From contig NC_058368.1 of assembly GCF_018350175.1 (NCBI RefSeq), positions 91,762,001-91,826,000 of the forward strand: DNA of 64,000 bases, in the 5' to 3' direction. Below the pieces are notes generated by a model that did no database searches, was not told the origin of the DNA, and was given only the letters and a program-made list of their open reading frames with translations. This stretch comes from Felis catus. Its lineage: Eukaryota. Shown here piece by piece: positions 48,640 to 61,564 of this stretch (position 1 is the first letter of the stretch; each line of letters starts with the position of its first letter). Position numbers and translations under genes: made by a program.

Positions 48640-50330
48640 CCAAGGCAACTGACATTACCAAGTGTTGGCAAGGATATGGAGCAACTGGAACTCTTATGCA
48701 GTGCCAGTGGGAATGCAAAATGGTGCAGCCACTGTGGAAGACAGTTTGGCCGTGTCTTACAAAGGTAAACACCTGCTCCTCATATGACTCTGCAGTCTCA
48801 CTCTTAGGTATTTACCCAGGGAGAGTGAAAGAATATATTCACACAAAAATCAGGGTTGTGGATGTTCGTAGCAGCATTATTCATAATTACCAAAAATTTG
48901 AAATGACCCCAATGTCCTTCCGATGGGGGAATGGACAAACAGACTGAGGTACATTCACATTGTAGAGTACCACTCAGCAATAAGAAGGAACAAACTGTTG
49001 ATACGCCCCATAACATGGGTGGATCTCAAATGCACTATGCTAAGATAAAGAAGCTGGGCTGGAAACAGAAAAAACAAACAAACAAACAAAAAAAGGAAAC
49101 CACACTCCATGCTGCACACTTGTAGTTATGTGACATTTTGTAAAAGGCAAAACTGTAGGGACAGTATGTGAAAGCAGGGACTCAGGTGTATGTACACTCA
49201 CATTCAGAGAAGTTGCGTTCATGATAACCAAGAGGTACAAACAACCCAAATGTCCATCCATAGAGGAATGGGTAAACAGAATGTGGTGTATGCACAAAAT
49301 AGAATATTATTCAGCCTTAAAAAGGAATGAAATTCTGAAACGTTTCCTTGAGGATGTGGATGGATGGATGAACTTTGCGGATATTCTGTAAAAACAAGCC
49401 AGACACAAAAAGACAAATACCATATGATTCCACTCCTGTGGGGTACCTAGAGTTGTCAAATTCATAGAGGCAGAAAGTGGAATGGTGGTTGCCAGGGGCT
49501 GGGGACGATGAGGGTGGGGAGTTATCATTTAATGAGTGTAAAGTTTCTGTTCAGGATGATGAAAAAGTTCTGGAAATAGATCGTGGTGATGGTTGCACAG
49601 CATTGTGAATATACTTAATGCCATTGAATTGTAACACTTAAAAACCGTTAAAATACATTTGAGGTTATGTATATTTTAATGTTTATTTTTATTTCAGATA
49701 GAGAGAAAGTGTGAGCTGGGGAGGGGCAGAGAGAATGAGAGAGAATCCCAAGCAGGCTCCGTGCTGTAAGCACAGAGCCTGATGTGGGGCTCAAACTCAC
49801 GAACCACGAGATCATGACCTAAGTCGAAAGCAAGAGCTGGATGCTTAACCGACTGAGCCACTCAGGCGCCCCTTATGTTACATATATTTTAAACTAAAGA
49901 GACAGATGAGAGACCTGGATGGCTCAGTCAGTTAAGCCTCCAACTTTGGCTCAGGTTATGATCTCATGGCTTGTGGGTTCAAGCCCTGCATTGGGCTCTC
50001 TGCTGTCAGGGCAAAGCCTGCTTCAGATCCTCTGTCCCCCTCCCCCCCCCACCCCTCCCCTGCTCACTCATGCTCCCTGTCTCTTGCTCTCTCATGCTCA
50101 AAAAAATAATTTTTTTAATTAAAAAAATAATAATAAAGAGAGAATGAATCAGTAATTTCCAAGGACTAAGGAAGTGGAGTAGGAGTAGGACAAGGGAATT
50201 GGAGGAATGAAGGAACTATTCTGTACCTTTGATTGTTGTGGTGGTCACATGACTATTCATTTGTGCAGAGAGAACTGTATACCGAAAAGAATGAATTTTA
50301 CTCCATGCAAATTTAAAATTAAATTACAGA
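48640..50330 (+). mobile_element. Nested LINE-1 3' fragments with a divergent SINE pair (- 49675-49872; + 49910-50135)
   Basis: ccaagtgttggcaaggat, aacccaaatgtccatc, gatgatgaaaaagttctggaaat L1 3' motifs. Confidence 0.82.
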
Positions 50331-51717
50331 AAAAAGAGGCATTCCAGCTGGGTTCTGACTCTTCTTTCGGCTCATGCATTTAACCAACAAATATTAATTA
50401 ATTCCACCTGTGCACAAGGCCGAGCCCTAGGAGCCCATGTTCCTCAGAACCCTAGGGAGGGATGTGGGGTGGATCCCGAGACAGATGAGCCAAAGAGAGG
50501 AGAACACTGTGGCCATCTTAGTGTAACTTTGATAAAAATCATGTCAGTAAGTTTTCCTTTGGAGACCAGCTGGAATCTGGTGAATCTGGATGCTTTAATA
50601 CCTTCTCAAGTCATTTTTCAGTTAAGTATGTTTGCTCAGCAGCCCTTCACATCTGCCTCCTTTTTGATGCTCTGGTTTTAAAACGTCTCTGGTTATTGCT
50701 TTTGTTTGCACGTTTCCTTACCCTGCTCCCAACCCTTGAAGGAGGACGAGGCTGTCTGAAAACTAGGGATGCAATTCTGGTTTGCAGGGCTTGCCTCTCA
50801 GGGTAGGCCATTGCCTTCAGCCTGCTGCCTGCCTCTCCCTCCCATGTTCCCAGAGATCAACTAAAAGAGACAGTTAAATTGCAAGTGACAGTAGCTGGCT
50901 TCAACAAAAAAGGGAAGGTGTTGGCTTGAGGACACTGAAAGCCCCCCCCCCCCCCCCCGCCACTACCTGGGCCGGGCTACCTTCAGGCAAGGCTAGATCC
51001 AGCAGTTAATTAATAGCCTCAAGATTCTCTATCTCTGTCTTTATCTTTTTCACTCTCTTTCTCCCAGTCCAGCCCTTCCTTTGACTCCAGACCTCTCTCC
51101 TCCCTGCTGACTGCTCATGGCCTCAGCAACAACTCAGCTCCTCAGGGTGCCCCAGCAATGCTGACCTCCTGCAGAGAGACACCACACTCCCAGAAGTCAC
51201 TTTGCTTTCAGGATGTTCCTCATGAGAAGCAATTTGTCAGGGTTTTATTTAGATGCCAGCATCCATGCACATGACATGGAACAGGCCCCTCCCACCTGCC
51301 CGTGCCTGATGTGCCTCTCGCTCACTCAGGGGCCTCCCTCCCTGCGTGGCCTTGCCCTGCTGCTCAGGCATGCTCTCTCAGACCAGCAAGAGTGCTTGAG
51401 TCCACAAGCTTGGGGGCGACCCCCCAACCTCATGCCACCTCATGGGGACTCTCTGAGCCCACTGCTGCAGAACGGGACTGAGAAACATCCCAGTGAGTGA
51501 CACAGGACACAGTTGTTCTTCTGTGTCTTCTTCATTCATCTGCTTACGAGACCCCCCCCCCCCCCCCGAGAGTCCACTGCAGACCAGACTGCCTGGGGGC
51601 CAGGGATGCAAAGATGAAAACATTACTACTGCTCTGAGAGCCTGTGTTCTAAAGAGAGGCAGATCTGCAGAAAAAGGCACGCTCAGGAGGCCCTTTTAGG
51701 TAAGAACAGTGGGGCCT

Positions 51718-52786
51718 GGGGGCACTTGGGTGGCTCCATTGGTTGAGTGTTTCAGCTCAGGCCATGATCTCACAGTTCATGCATGAGTTGAAGCCCCGAG
51801 TCAGACTCTGTGCTCACGTCACAGAGCCTGCTTAGGAGTCTCTCTCTCTTCCTCTCTCTCAAAAAATAAATGAATAAACATAAAAAAAGAAAAGAAAAAA
51901 GAACAGTGGGCCCCGGAAAAAGGCCTTTGAATTTAATAGTAATGTATCAACCCAGATTCATTGGAACTAAATCTTGAAAATAGAGACCAAAATAAACACA
52001 TTTTGATAATTTTATCTCACTATTTCACAATGTTTAAGGGGCACCTCAGTGGCTCAGTTGGGTGAGCATCTGACTCTCAATCTCAATTCAGGTCTTGATC
52101 TCAGGGAAGTTCGAGCCCCGTGCTGGGCTCCGTACTGGGCCTGAAGCCTACTTAAAAAAAAAAAAAGAAAAAAAAAAGTTTAAGTTATAATTTCAACTCT
52201 GGGAGTTTTTTAATGAAAAAGGGATTGTTTTTGTTTGAATTTTACTGATAAATTCATATGAAAGCACAGTAAGGGTTTTTTTTTTTTTTAATGTTTATTT
52301 ATTTTTGAGAGAGAGACAGGGGTGAGCAGGGGAGGGGCAGAGAGAGAGGAAGACACAGAATCCAAAGCAGGCTCCAGGCTCTGAGCCATCAGCACAGAGC
52401 CCAATGCAGGGCTCAAACCCACAAAACGTGAGACCATGACCTGAGCCAAAGTTGAACCCTTAACTGGCTGAGCCACCCAGGCACCCTGCACAGTAAGGTT
52501 TGTTACATTTGAATGTCACAGCACGTTGATTACAAGAAGCATTCGTGTACCAGTGTTCACCAGCTGCCGTAATCAATTTCCCTGTCTTTCTTGGTCTTCT
52601 TTTCACCTGAATCACTGCTTTGGAGCAGCCATGGTGCCCTTCCCCTTGGCTCGCTGCCCTTGTGGGGCTGTTACTGGGCTCACTCAGCAGATCCAGCCCC
52701 ATGTCTGGATGTCTTGGTGTCTGATCTAAGCAATGCTCTGACATCACCCTCTTCAATTTTGTGAAAGTATGAATCTAAAAAAAGAT

Positions 52787-52833
<47 letters not shown>

Positions 52834-53005
52834 TTTTGGGGAGGATGCGAGCGGGGGAGGGACAGCAAGAGGGGGGCAGACTAAGGATCCAAAGCAGGCC
52901 CTGCTCTGACAGCAGTGAGTCTGATGCGGGGCTTGAACTCATAAACCTCAAGATCATGACCTGAGCCGAAGCTGGATGCTCAACGCACTGAGCCCCCCAG
53001 ACGCC
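51718..53005. mobile_element. Cluster of four CanSINEs (+51718-51900, +52038-52177, -52275-52486, -52786-53005 with (TTTA)n tail)
   Basis: Separate SINE heads and tails; TSD gcacagtaagg around the third. Confidence 0.88.
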
Positions 53006-53464
53006 CGATGGAAGTCTGCATCTTTTTGACAAGGTTTGCAATTTGTCTTGCCATGGATTTGCATCATATTTTTTACAGTCACGGGTACCCTCCTCAAACA
53101 GGTGCATTTCTAACACACGGCTCATCCGGACACTGGCTACCACTGATAAGATGGGGAGTGGGCACAGGTGCAGTGTTGACAGCCAGGTGTAGCTGACTGG
53201 GGCTGATTTTATAAAGGGTCAGCTTAGTCGCTATTTTTGTGTTGTGAGGATTTCGGCTCCTCTCTGTGAAGCCTCGGACATGGGATTGTCACACAAGGAC
53301 GCACCGTCCAGTGCCTGAGAATGTCTCTGTCCTCCTGAAACAGAAATCTGACCCATGCGGCGTCAGGTCCTGCCCCCTGCCCCCTGCCCCCTGTCAGTCC
53401 TGTGAGGGTTTTCAGCAAGGCTCCAGGGTGAAGTCCAAGCTGCTCCCGCAGCCCACGGGGCCTC

Positions 53465-53799
53465 CAAAGCAGGCTTCAGACTCTGAGCTGTCAGCACAGA
53501 GCCTGACACGGGGCTTGAACTCACTGACTGCAAGATCATGACCTGAGCTGAAGTCAGATGCTTAACTGACTGAGCCATGCAGGTGCCTCTCTTCCATTCT
53601 TTTTAATGTTTATTTAGTTTTTTAGAGAAAGAGAGCACAAGTGGGGGAGGCAGAGAGAGAGGGAGACACAGAATCCGAAGCAGGCTTCAGGCTCTGAGTT
53701 GTCAGCACAGAGCCCGACGTGGGGCTTGAACCCATGAATTGTGAGATCATGACCTGAGCTGAAGTCGATGCTTAACCGACTGAGCCACCCTGGCGCCCC
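53465..53799 (-). mobile_element. Partial plus full CanSINE
   Basis: Antisense SINE bodies. Confidence 0.9.
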
Positions 53800-53919
53800 A
53801 AGGCTCTGAATTTCTTAACAAATCACCCTGGACGGTGGAACAAGCTGGCATTAGGGTAGACCCACCAGGGTGGAGTAGAGTTCTCCAGTGTACCCCAGCA
53901 CTGTGAGGGGACTTAACTG

Positions 53920-54810
53920 GCTTCATTTCCTAGGGCTGCAATAATAAGTTGTCACAAACTTAGGGGCTTAAAACTACATGAATGTATCCTCTTTTATGGT
54001 ACTGGAAGCCAGAGCTCCAGAATGGGATGCTAAAATCAAGACGTCAACAGGGCCAGTTCCTTCTGGAGGCTCTAGGGGCGAATCCATTCCTCTTCCAGCT
54101 TCTAGAAGCCACCTGTATTCCTTGGCTTGTGGCCACATCACTCCTGTCTCTGCTCCATCATCACATCACCTTCTCCCCCTCTGACCTCCTGCCTCCCTCT
54201 CAGAAGGACCCTTGTGATTTCATTGGGTCCACCTGGGTAATCTAGAATAATCTGACCAACTGGCTGTGCTTGATATAATCACATCTGCAAAGTCCCTTTT
54301 GTCATGTACATTAGTTTCCCAGGGCCACAACAAAGTGCCACAAAGTTGGTGGCTTTCAACAACAGAAATTTATTTTCTGTTTCGGAGGCCAGAAGCCCAA
54401 AATCAAAGTGTTTGCAAGGCCATGGACCCTCTAAAAGCTCTAGGGAAGAACCCTTCTTTGCCTCTCCCTAGCTTCTGGTGTGAGCTCACAATCCTGTCAT
54501 TCCTTGGCTTGTAACTGAATCGGTCCAGTTTCTGCCTCTCTCTTCACATGGCCGTCTCCCTGTACGTGTGTCTGTGTGTGTCTCATTCTCCTTATAAGGA
54601 CACCAGTCATATGGGATTTAGCACCCAGCCTGATCCAGTATGACCTCATCTTTACTGATGGCACCTGCAAAGACCCTTTCCAAATAAGGGCAGGGTCTGC
54701 AGTTTGGGGCGGACATGAATTTTGGAGAGACTCTGCACAACCCAGTACATCACGGTGAGCGAAGATATTCACAGGGCCCGGGGATTAGGGCATGGAGATT
54801 TTGGGGAGTT
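53920..54810 (-). mobile_element. Nested MLT1 solo LTRs (one inserted in another)
   Basis: Two starts (tttcctagggctgcaataataag; gtttcccagggccacaacaaag); the outer LTR resumes at ggtgagcgaagatattcacagg...ggattagggcatgga. Confidence 0.75.
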
Positions 54811-54969
54811 GTTGTTACACCTGCCACATTAATCCTCACGACACTTGGATGAGGCAGGAGGTACAGTTTTCTGCACTTTATAGGCAGGGAAACCCAAGGC
54901 CCAGAGTGGGGAATGGACTTGTCTGAGGTCACACAGCTAGTGAGGACCAGAGCTGGGACTGAAGCCAGG

Positions 54970-55442
54970 TTCTTTTCTTTTTTCTTTTCTTTTCTTTTCT
55001 CTTCTCTTTTCTTTTCTTTTCTCTTTTCTTTTTTCTTTCTTTCTTTTCTTTCTTTCTCTTTCTTTCTTTCTCTCCCTTCCTCCCTGCCTTCCTCCCTCCC
55101 TCCCTCCCTTCCTTCCTTCCTTCCTTCCTTCTTCTCTCCCTTCCTTCCTCCCTCCCTCCCTTCCTCCTCTCTCCCTTTCTTCCTTCCTTCCTTCCTTCCT
55201 TCCTTCCTTCCTTCCTTCCTTCCTTCCTTCCTAGTGTTTATTTATTTATTTTGAGAGACAGAGCATGTTTTTGTGAGAGCAGAGGAGGGGTAGAGAGAGA
55301 GGAGAGAGAGAATCCCAGACAGGCTCCTCTGTGCTGTCAGCTCAGAACCCGATGCAGGGTTTGATCTCATGAACCACGAGATGATGACCTGAGTCGAAGT
55401 CAAGGGTCTGATGCTTAACCGACTGAGCCTCCCAGGCACCCC
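54970..55442 (-). mobile_element. CanSINE with about 260-bp polypyrimidine (TTTC/TTCC) tail expansion, inside a MIR
   Basis: TSD aagccaggtt on both sides; purine-poor tract 54970-55231. Confidence 0.9.
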
Positions 55443-57235
55443 TCAAGCCAGGTTTTCTGACACAGCCCTGTGCTGTCCACACCTAGCACAGCTGCATGCC
55501 TGACACGGTGCTCAGACCGAGAGCACTCCCATGTGTCATCTCATTTAATTCCTACAAACAGCCCTGGGGGGTTTGGTATTATTAGCCCCATTAGCCTCAT
55601 TTTACAGATGAGGAAACTGAGGTTCAGCAGTCCCCACAGACTTGCCCAGTAAATGGCCAGGCTGGCCAGGTCTTGAACTCTGACCCTCAGTGGTCTTGCC
55701 AGCTGGGTCATGGGTTGGAAGAGTTCTGCGCCCCCTCCCTGGAGACCATGTGCACGGCTGGCACAGGGCAGGGTGGTTCAGCTGACTGAGCCACAGGGCA
55801 GGCTGTGTCCCAGAGAGCCTCCACCCAGGGGACAGGTGGCCCCATGGCTCAGCAGCTTTGACGTTCACTTAGTGCACCCCAGGGAAGCCCCAGATGCTCA
55901 GCTGTCCTGCGCCTTTGAAGTCCACGCCAAGCAGCTCTGGGCAGGAGCCCTCAGTGCTGGCCAGCGGGGGGAGAGGAGGGGCAGCCAAGGCTGGGGCGGG
56001 TGGGGCCAAGAGCCCCATGCAGCTTAACGTGACTTGAGCTTGGCCGATTCCCTGAACCCTTGCCCGAGACCTGAGGGCTTATAATTCTGGACCTTGCTAC
56101 TGTCAGCTTGTAACCTCAGCGAGTCATTTCATCTCCCTGGGCCTCAGTTTCCCCTTTAGTAGCCTGACAGGGTAAGGCCACTCACAGCCTCTTCTCCCTG
56201 TTAGATGGGCACACGAACCAGGTTGCTGAGAGATCTGAGCAAGAAATGCTAGTTCCGCCTTATTTCCTGTTTCTCCAAAGATGTGAACCTTAAGGCCACA
56301 TGGTTCTTTGAACAGCCCAGACACCACGTGTAGGCCAGAACACCAGTCTTTGGGAATGAATTAATTTCTTGGAGCAGAATGGTAACCCACCCTGTAAATG
56401 CAGTTTTATGAGTTGGAGATCTTTGGGGAGTAAGCTGGGAGAGGGTGGGTGGAGGTTTTTCTGGTTGGAACAGCACACAGCAGAGAGCAGATCCTCTCTG
56501 AATCCTGGGGTGGCATTGGGGCACAGGGCCTGCCCTCAGGAAGCTCCGAGACTCACAGGACAGAGGGACTTGAGCAGATAACAAGTGTGGGCTCGGCTTC
56601 AGGATCCTTGTCTCTAGCAGGCACTTTCTACCCTCTTCTCCATCCTTAGAAGCTTTCACTGCAAATGTCGGTGGTCTGGCTACACTGCTCACCTCCTGCC
56701 TCAGGACAAGGGGGTTCTGCCCCACCAACCACGGTGAGCAGGGTGGTGGTGGTCCCTCCCACTCATCGTTGCCCTGGGAACAGCGGTTGAAAAGAGGAAA
56801 GAGAGTCTTGATTGACAGCTGTTAGCAGTTCATATCCCCACACATCTGTGCTCACCCCACATCACCTGATGGATGCCAGCATATCTGTTGACTCAAATGT
56901 TTTGTGCACGTTCAACAAAATCATGTGACAATACACAGTGTGGGGTTAGAAGACCTGAGAGTGAGCTGTTCTCTGTCATATGCCCACCAGGCCCCTCAGG
57001 CTCTTGTCCTCTGCAAAACACAGACGCCCCAGCAGCAATTGGAGGGCGAGGCACTGGAAAATGTTCCGTACGGTGTGGGGAGCTGCGATAATAGGGGCAT
57101 GATGCTCAGACCCCCTGACTCCCCAGAAGGGTTTTTTTTTTGTGTCTGGATCATTGCTGGCACACTCCTATCTTACATCTTTGTTTCCTGGTGTGGACAC
57201 ACTGTTGGGTCTTGCTCTTCTTAAGAGGCCTTGTC

Positions 57236-57267
57236 CTTTTTTTTTTTTTTTTTTTTTAATGTTTATT

Positions 57268-57314
<47 letters not shown>

Positions 57315-57482
57315 AAGAGCAGGGGAGGCGCAGAGAATGAGAGAGACACAAAATCCAAAGCAGGGTTCCAGGCTCTGAGCCATCAGCACAGAGCCCAATG
57401 TGGGGGCTCGAAGCCATGAGCTGAGAGATTATGACCTGAGCCGAAGTCAGATGCTTAACCATCTAAGCCACCAAGGCGCCCC
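57236..57482 (-). mobile_element. CanSINE with long (GA)n
   Basis: Antisense SINE; TSD-like aagaggcctt / aaggggcctt. Confidence 0.92.
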
Positions 57483-58224
57483 AAGGGGCCTTTTCTTCTA
57501 ATGTGGCATCTTCTGAACCTCAGTGTGTGCAGGAGAGGTCTCACCAAAACATGTGCAATTGGTGAAAAGCTACTGTGTACTTACAGGTGAAGGTGGAAAC
57601 TGGCAAGGGCTGAGAGTCCCCAGCACGTGGCTGTCCTGAGCAGGGCTGGGCTCCTGTTTAGCTGTCTGTGTGGTGGCCATGTGGTCCCGTGTGGCCGGGT
57701 TCTATTTGCACCTGCTGACCCTGGGGCCAGCACGCTTATCGTGCAGCTAATTGTCAGCCTGTGTATCACCCTTGACTTCTGATTTGGACGCCTAGATTTG
57801 GAGCATGCGAGGCCACACTGCTTTGGGCCCAGCTGGACTTCCATTTGCCAAATTGATTGTTACGTTAGTTTTTCGACACCAAAGATCTTTTAACACCACT
57901 GTTTTTCCAAACCTTGCCATGTCTTCTTACCAGATCATCCTCTTACCAGTTGAGTGATCTGGGTCCAGGGACAGGTGGCAGAGGCAGGTGATCTGCCCAT
58001 CAGATTTAAGGGGATTGAGGACTGAGGTCCTCAACAGGGTGGTCTGGCTCCTCTTCACTTATTCCAGAAGGCCAGCCAGGACTGCCCTGTGCCTCCTTGA
58101 ATATCAGCTCTGCTGTCTGGCCTGTGCTCCACCCTCCTGCTGCCTGGGATCACAGTAAGAAGGCAGACGACTGGTAATTTCCACTCATTTGTGCTTCTGC
58201 CTCTATTAAAAACTCCCCCTGTTC

Positions 58225-58421
58225 TTTTTTTTAAGTTTACTTATTTAGTTTGAGAGAGAGGCGTGTGTGCAAGTGGGCTAGGAGTAGAGATGGAATCCCA
58301 AGCAGGGTCTGCACTGTCAGCACGAGCCTGACATGGGGCTCAAACCCACAAACCAGGAGATCATGACCTGAGCGGAAATCAGGAGTCAGACGCCTAACCG
58401 ATGGAGCCACCCAGGTGCCTC
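58225..58421 (-). mobile_element. CanSINE
   Basis: Antisense SINE; TSD aaaactcc. Confidence 0.9.
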
Positions 58422-58699
58422 CAAAACTCCTCATGTTCTGAGAGTTAATCCGTGGTGGTGTGTCTATGAACAATCCTGTTTGGGTATGTGTCCCATGGAC
58501 ACAGTATCTTTGATTTTTAGGAGAAAGAGGAAAATGCAGTGGGCAGGTTGTTGGTAAGATACCGGATGAATGTTCCCTGAGACTCCTGACGCACAGAGTA
58601 CAGTGGTATGTAAATATTGGCTCAGACTTTCAGATGGGGTTTGTTTTGTGACAGTCTCACTGAGATATCATTCACTCACTATACAGTTCACACATTTCT

Positions 58700-59236
58700 G
58701 TTTTTTTTTTAATTTTTTTTTTAACGTTTATTTATTTTTGAGACAGAGAGAGACACAGCATGAATGGGGGAGGGGCAGAGAGAGAGGGAGACACAGAATT
58801 GGAAGCAGGCTCCAGGCTCTGAGCCATCAGCCCAGAGCCCGACGTGGGGCTCGAACTCACGGACCGCGAGATCGTGACCTGGCTGAAGTCGGACGCTTAA
58901 CCGACTGCGCCACCCAGGCGCCCCTGTTTTTTTTTTTTTTTTTAATGTTTATTCATTTTTGAGAGGGGTAGGGTAAGGGCAGAGAGAGAGGGAGACACAT
59001 AATCAGAAACAGGCTCCAGGCTTTGAGCTGTCAGCACAGAGCCTGACACAGGGCTTGAACTCACAAATGCTGAGATCATGACCTAAACTGAAGTCAGATG
59101 CTCAACTGACTGAGCCACTCAGGCACCCCTAAAGATTTTATTTTTAAGTAATCTTGACACCCAACATGGGGCTTGAACTGACAACCCTGAGATCAAGAGT
59201 CACATGATTTGCCAACTGAACCAGCCAGGCACTCCC
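58700..59236 (-). mobile_element. Three stacked antisense CanSINEs; the first (58700-58924) is a young SINEC_Fc
   Basis: Three consecutive bodies, each ending in gcgcccc/gcacccc/cactccc. Confidence 0.92.
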
Positions 59237-59239
59237 CTC

Positions 59240-59700
59240 TGTCTATTTTTTAATTGATCTGTTTGTGTTTTTATTGTTGAGTTGTGAAAGTTCTTTATAT
59301 ACTCTGGATACACATCAGTGCATTGCCTTTTCTCTTTCTTGATGGTATCTATTAAAGTGCAAAAGTTATGTGTGTTTTTTTTTTTTTTAATTTTGATGAA
59401 ATCCAGTATAACCATTTTTCCCTGCTTTGGTTGCTTGTTTTTGGTGTCCTGTCTAAAAACATTGCCTAATCAAGGATTACAAAGATCTATACCTGTTTTC
59501 TTCTATGGTTTTTATAGTTTTGGCTCTTATATTTAGCCTTTGATCCATTTTGAGTTAATTTTTTGGATATGGTGTGAGGTAGGGGTCCAAACTCATTCTT
59601 TTGTATATGGATATCCAATTGTCCCAGACACTTTTGTTGAAAAGACTGTTCTTCTCCCCCCCCCCCCCCCATTTAATTGTCTTGGCATTCTTGTCAGAAC
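59240..59700 (-). mobile_element. LINE-1 ORF2 fragment
   Basis: ttaattttgatgaaatcca, atccattttgagttaattttt antisense L1 motifs. Confidence 0.8.
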
Positions 59701-60077
59701 AATAGCTTTTAGGAACCTTCCTGAGGATAGGACAGCAGCCACCATGACGTGGCCCACAGGTAGCCTGGGGTGCACGTAGCATTGAGAGACCTTGCAGGGC
59801 CTTCTGTTGAGTTGTCTCTGCTTTACAAAGCCCTGTGCACTTTGGGGTGCATTTGGGAAATAGGGTGGGTATCTGGGCTGGAAGACCCTTGGGAGGACAG
59901 CTAGTTAGAATGGATGGTATCAACTCTTCCTTTTCATGGGTATACCTTTGTGCCTAAGAAGAAAATGTCCCTGGCCAGGGAAGGCTGCACCATGCTTGAA
60001 GGGCACCACGGGTCACCTACTGCAGAGTGACATGCCTCTCTGCTCCTCATTGACCTACTCAAACTAGTCGTAGCTAA

Positions 60078-60176
60078 AATGACTGTACGTACCACCATTT
60101 TGGGACAGTCCCAATTTATGCATATTCTTCCTGCCTTCAAATACCTTGGTTTGGGTGATAAATTATGGAGTCACCT
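60078..60176. mobile_element. hAT MITE fragment, MER94-like
   Basis: gggacagtcccaattta ... ggtttgggtgataaattatggagtcacct. Confidence 0.45.
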
Positions 60177-60532
60177 GTTCATAGCAAGGACTGGGATGAG
60201 AATGTCTGCGGATCTCCCAAATGTGTCCTTGGAGTCCAAGGCCACCCTTTGCCCTGAACTTGCACTTCAAAGTTAAAGCCTCAGCAAATGCTGCCTGGAT
60301 CCCACAAAGCCACCATGGGCACAGCTGTTGGCAGGCCTTGCAGCCTCCTTGGGCTCCTATGGCCAAGAAGCCTTCTGTGGGAGCCTATGAGATTAGCCCA
60401 GATGGAGTACTTACCGGTGTCCTGGCCTGGGCAGCCTCATTCTACTTCAGCCTCTGCCCATGCCACCTCTGTGTGCCCATCCCACAGCCTCAAGAAGCTC
60501 ATGATATGCAGCTCTTGCCACTAAACACCTCT

Positions 60533-60665
60533 GGGGTCACCTGGGGTGGCTCAGTCAGTTAAGCATCTGACTTTTGATTTTGGCTCAGGTCATGATCTCA
60601 CAGTTTGTGAGTTTGAGCCCTACCTGGGGCTCTGTCTGCACTGTTAGCACAGAGCCTGCTTTGGA

Positions 60666-60699
<34 letters not shown>

Positions 60700-60710
60700 G
60701 CCCCTCCACT

Positions 60711-60763
<53 letters not shown>

Positions 60764-60948
60764 AAATAAACTTAAAAAAAAAAAACACCTTTGGAGGGAC
60801 CATTCCAAAAAGGAGGGGAAAGGCACTTCCACACAGGAGGGAATAGTGAGTTTCTGTTTTGTTCCACGAAGCCAACTCTTATTTTCATTTAGTTTTTTAA
60901 ATGTATTTTTTAATTAAAAAAATTTTTTTAAGTTTATTTATTCATACT

Positions 60949-60983
<35 letters not shown>

Positions 60984-61564
60984 CATGAGCAACGGGGGGA
61001 GGGGCAGAGAGAGAGGGAGAGAGAATCCCAAGCAAACTCTACACTGTCAGTGCAAAGCCCAATGTGGGGCTCGAACTCACGAACCATGAGACCATGACCT
61101 GAGCCAAAGTCAGACACTTAACCGACTAAGCCACTCAGGCACCCCTTATTCTTTATTTTTTTAAAGTAATCCCTACACCCAACATGGGGCTCAAATTCAC
61201 AATCCTGAGATCAAGAATCACCTGCTGCACCAACTGAGCCAACCAGGTGCTCCCTTAGTGTATTTTTTAAGTTAAGATATAATTGACATATAGCATAATG
61301 TGAATTGCAGGTGTACAACGTAATGATTTGGTATATATTGCAAAATGATTGCCACGTAAGTCTAGTTAACATCCATCACCACGCAGAGTTACAAAAAAAT
61401 CTTTTTCTTCTTATAAGAACTTTTGAGGGATAGAGCACACACGAGTGGGGGAGGGGTAGAAGAAAAGAGAGAGAGAGGGAGAGAGATCCAACAAACTGTG
61501 AGATCATGACCTGAGCTGAAATCCAGAGTTGGACGCTTAACCGACTGAGCCACCCAGGCACCCC
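60533..61564. mobile_element. SINE cluster (+60533-60785; -60920-61145; -61150-61253; -61425-61564) overlapping an antisense L1 3' end (about 61262-61720)
   Basis: SINE heads and tails; L1 motifs agtctagttaacatccatcacc and cttagcagctttcaaatatac. Confidence 0.88.

Noticed and set aside
48429..48947. 172-aa ORF (CWQG...KMVQPLWKTVW)
   Set aside because: Chimera of SINE and L1 ORF2 remnant
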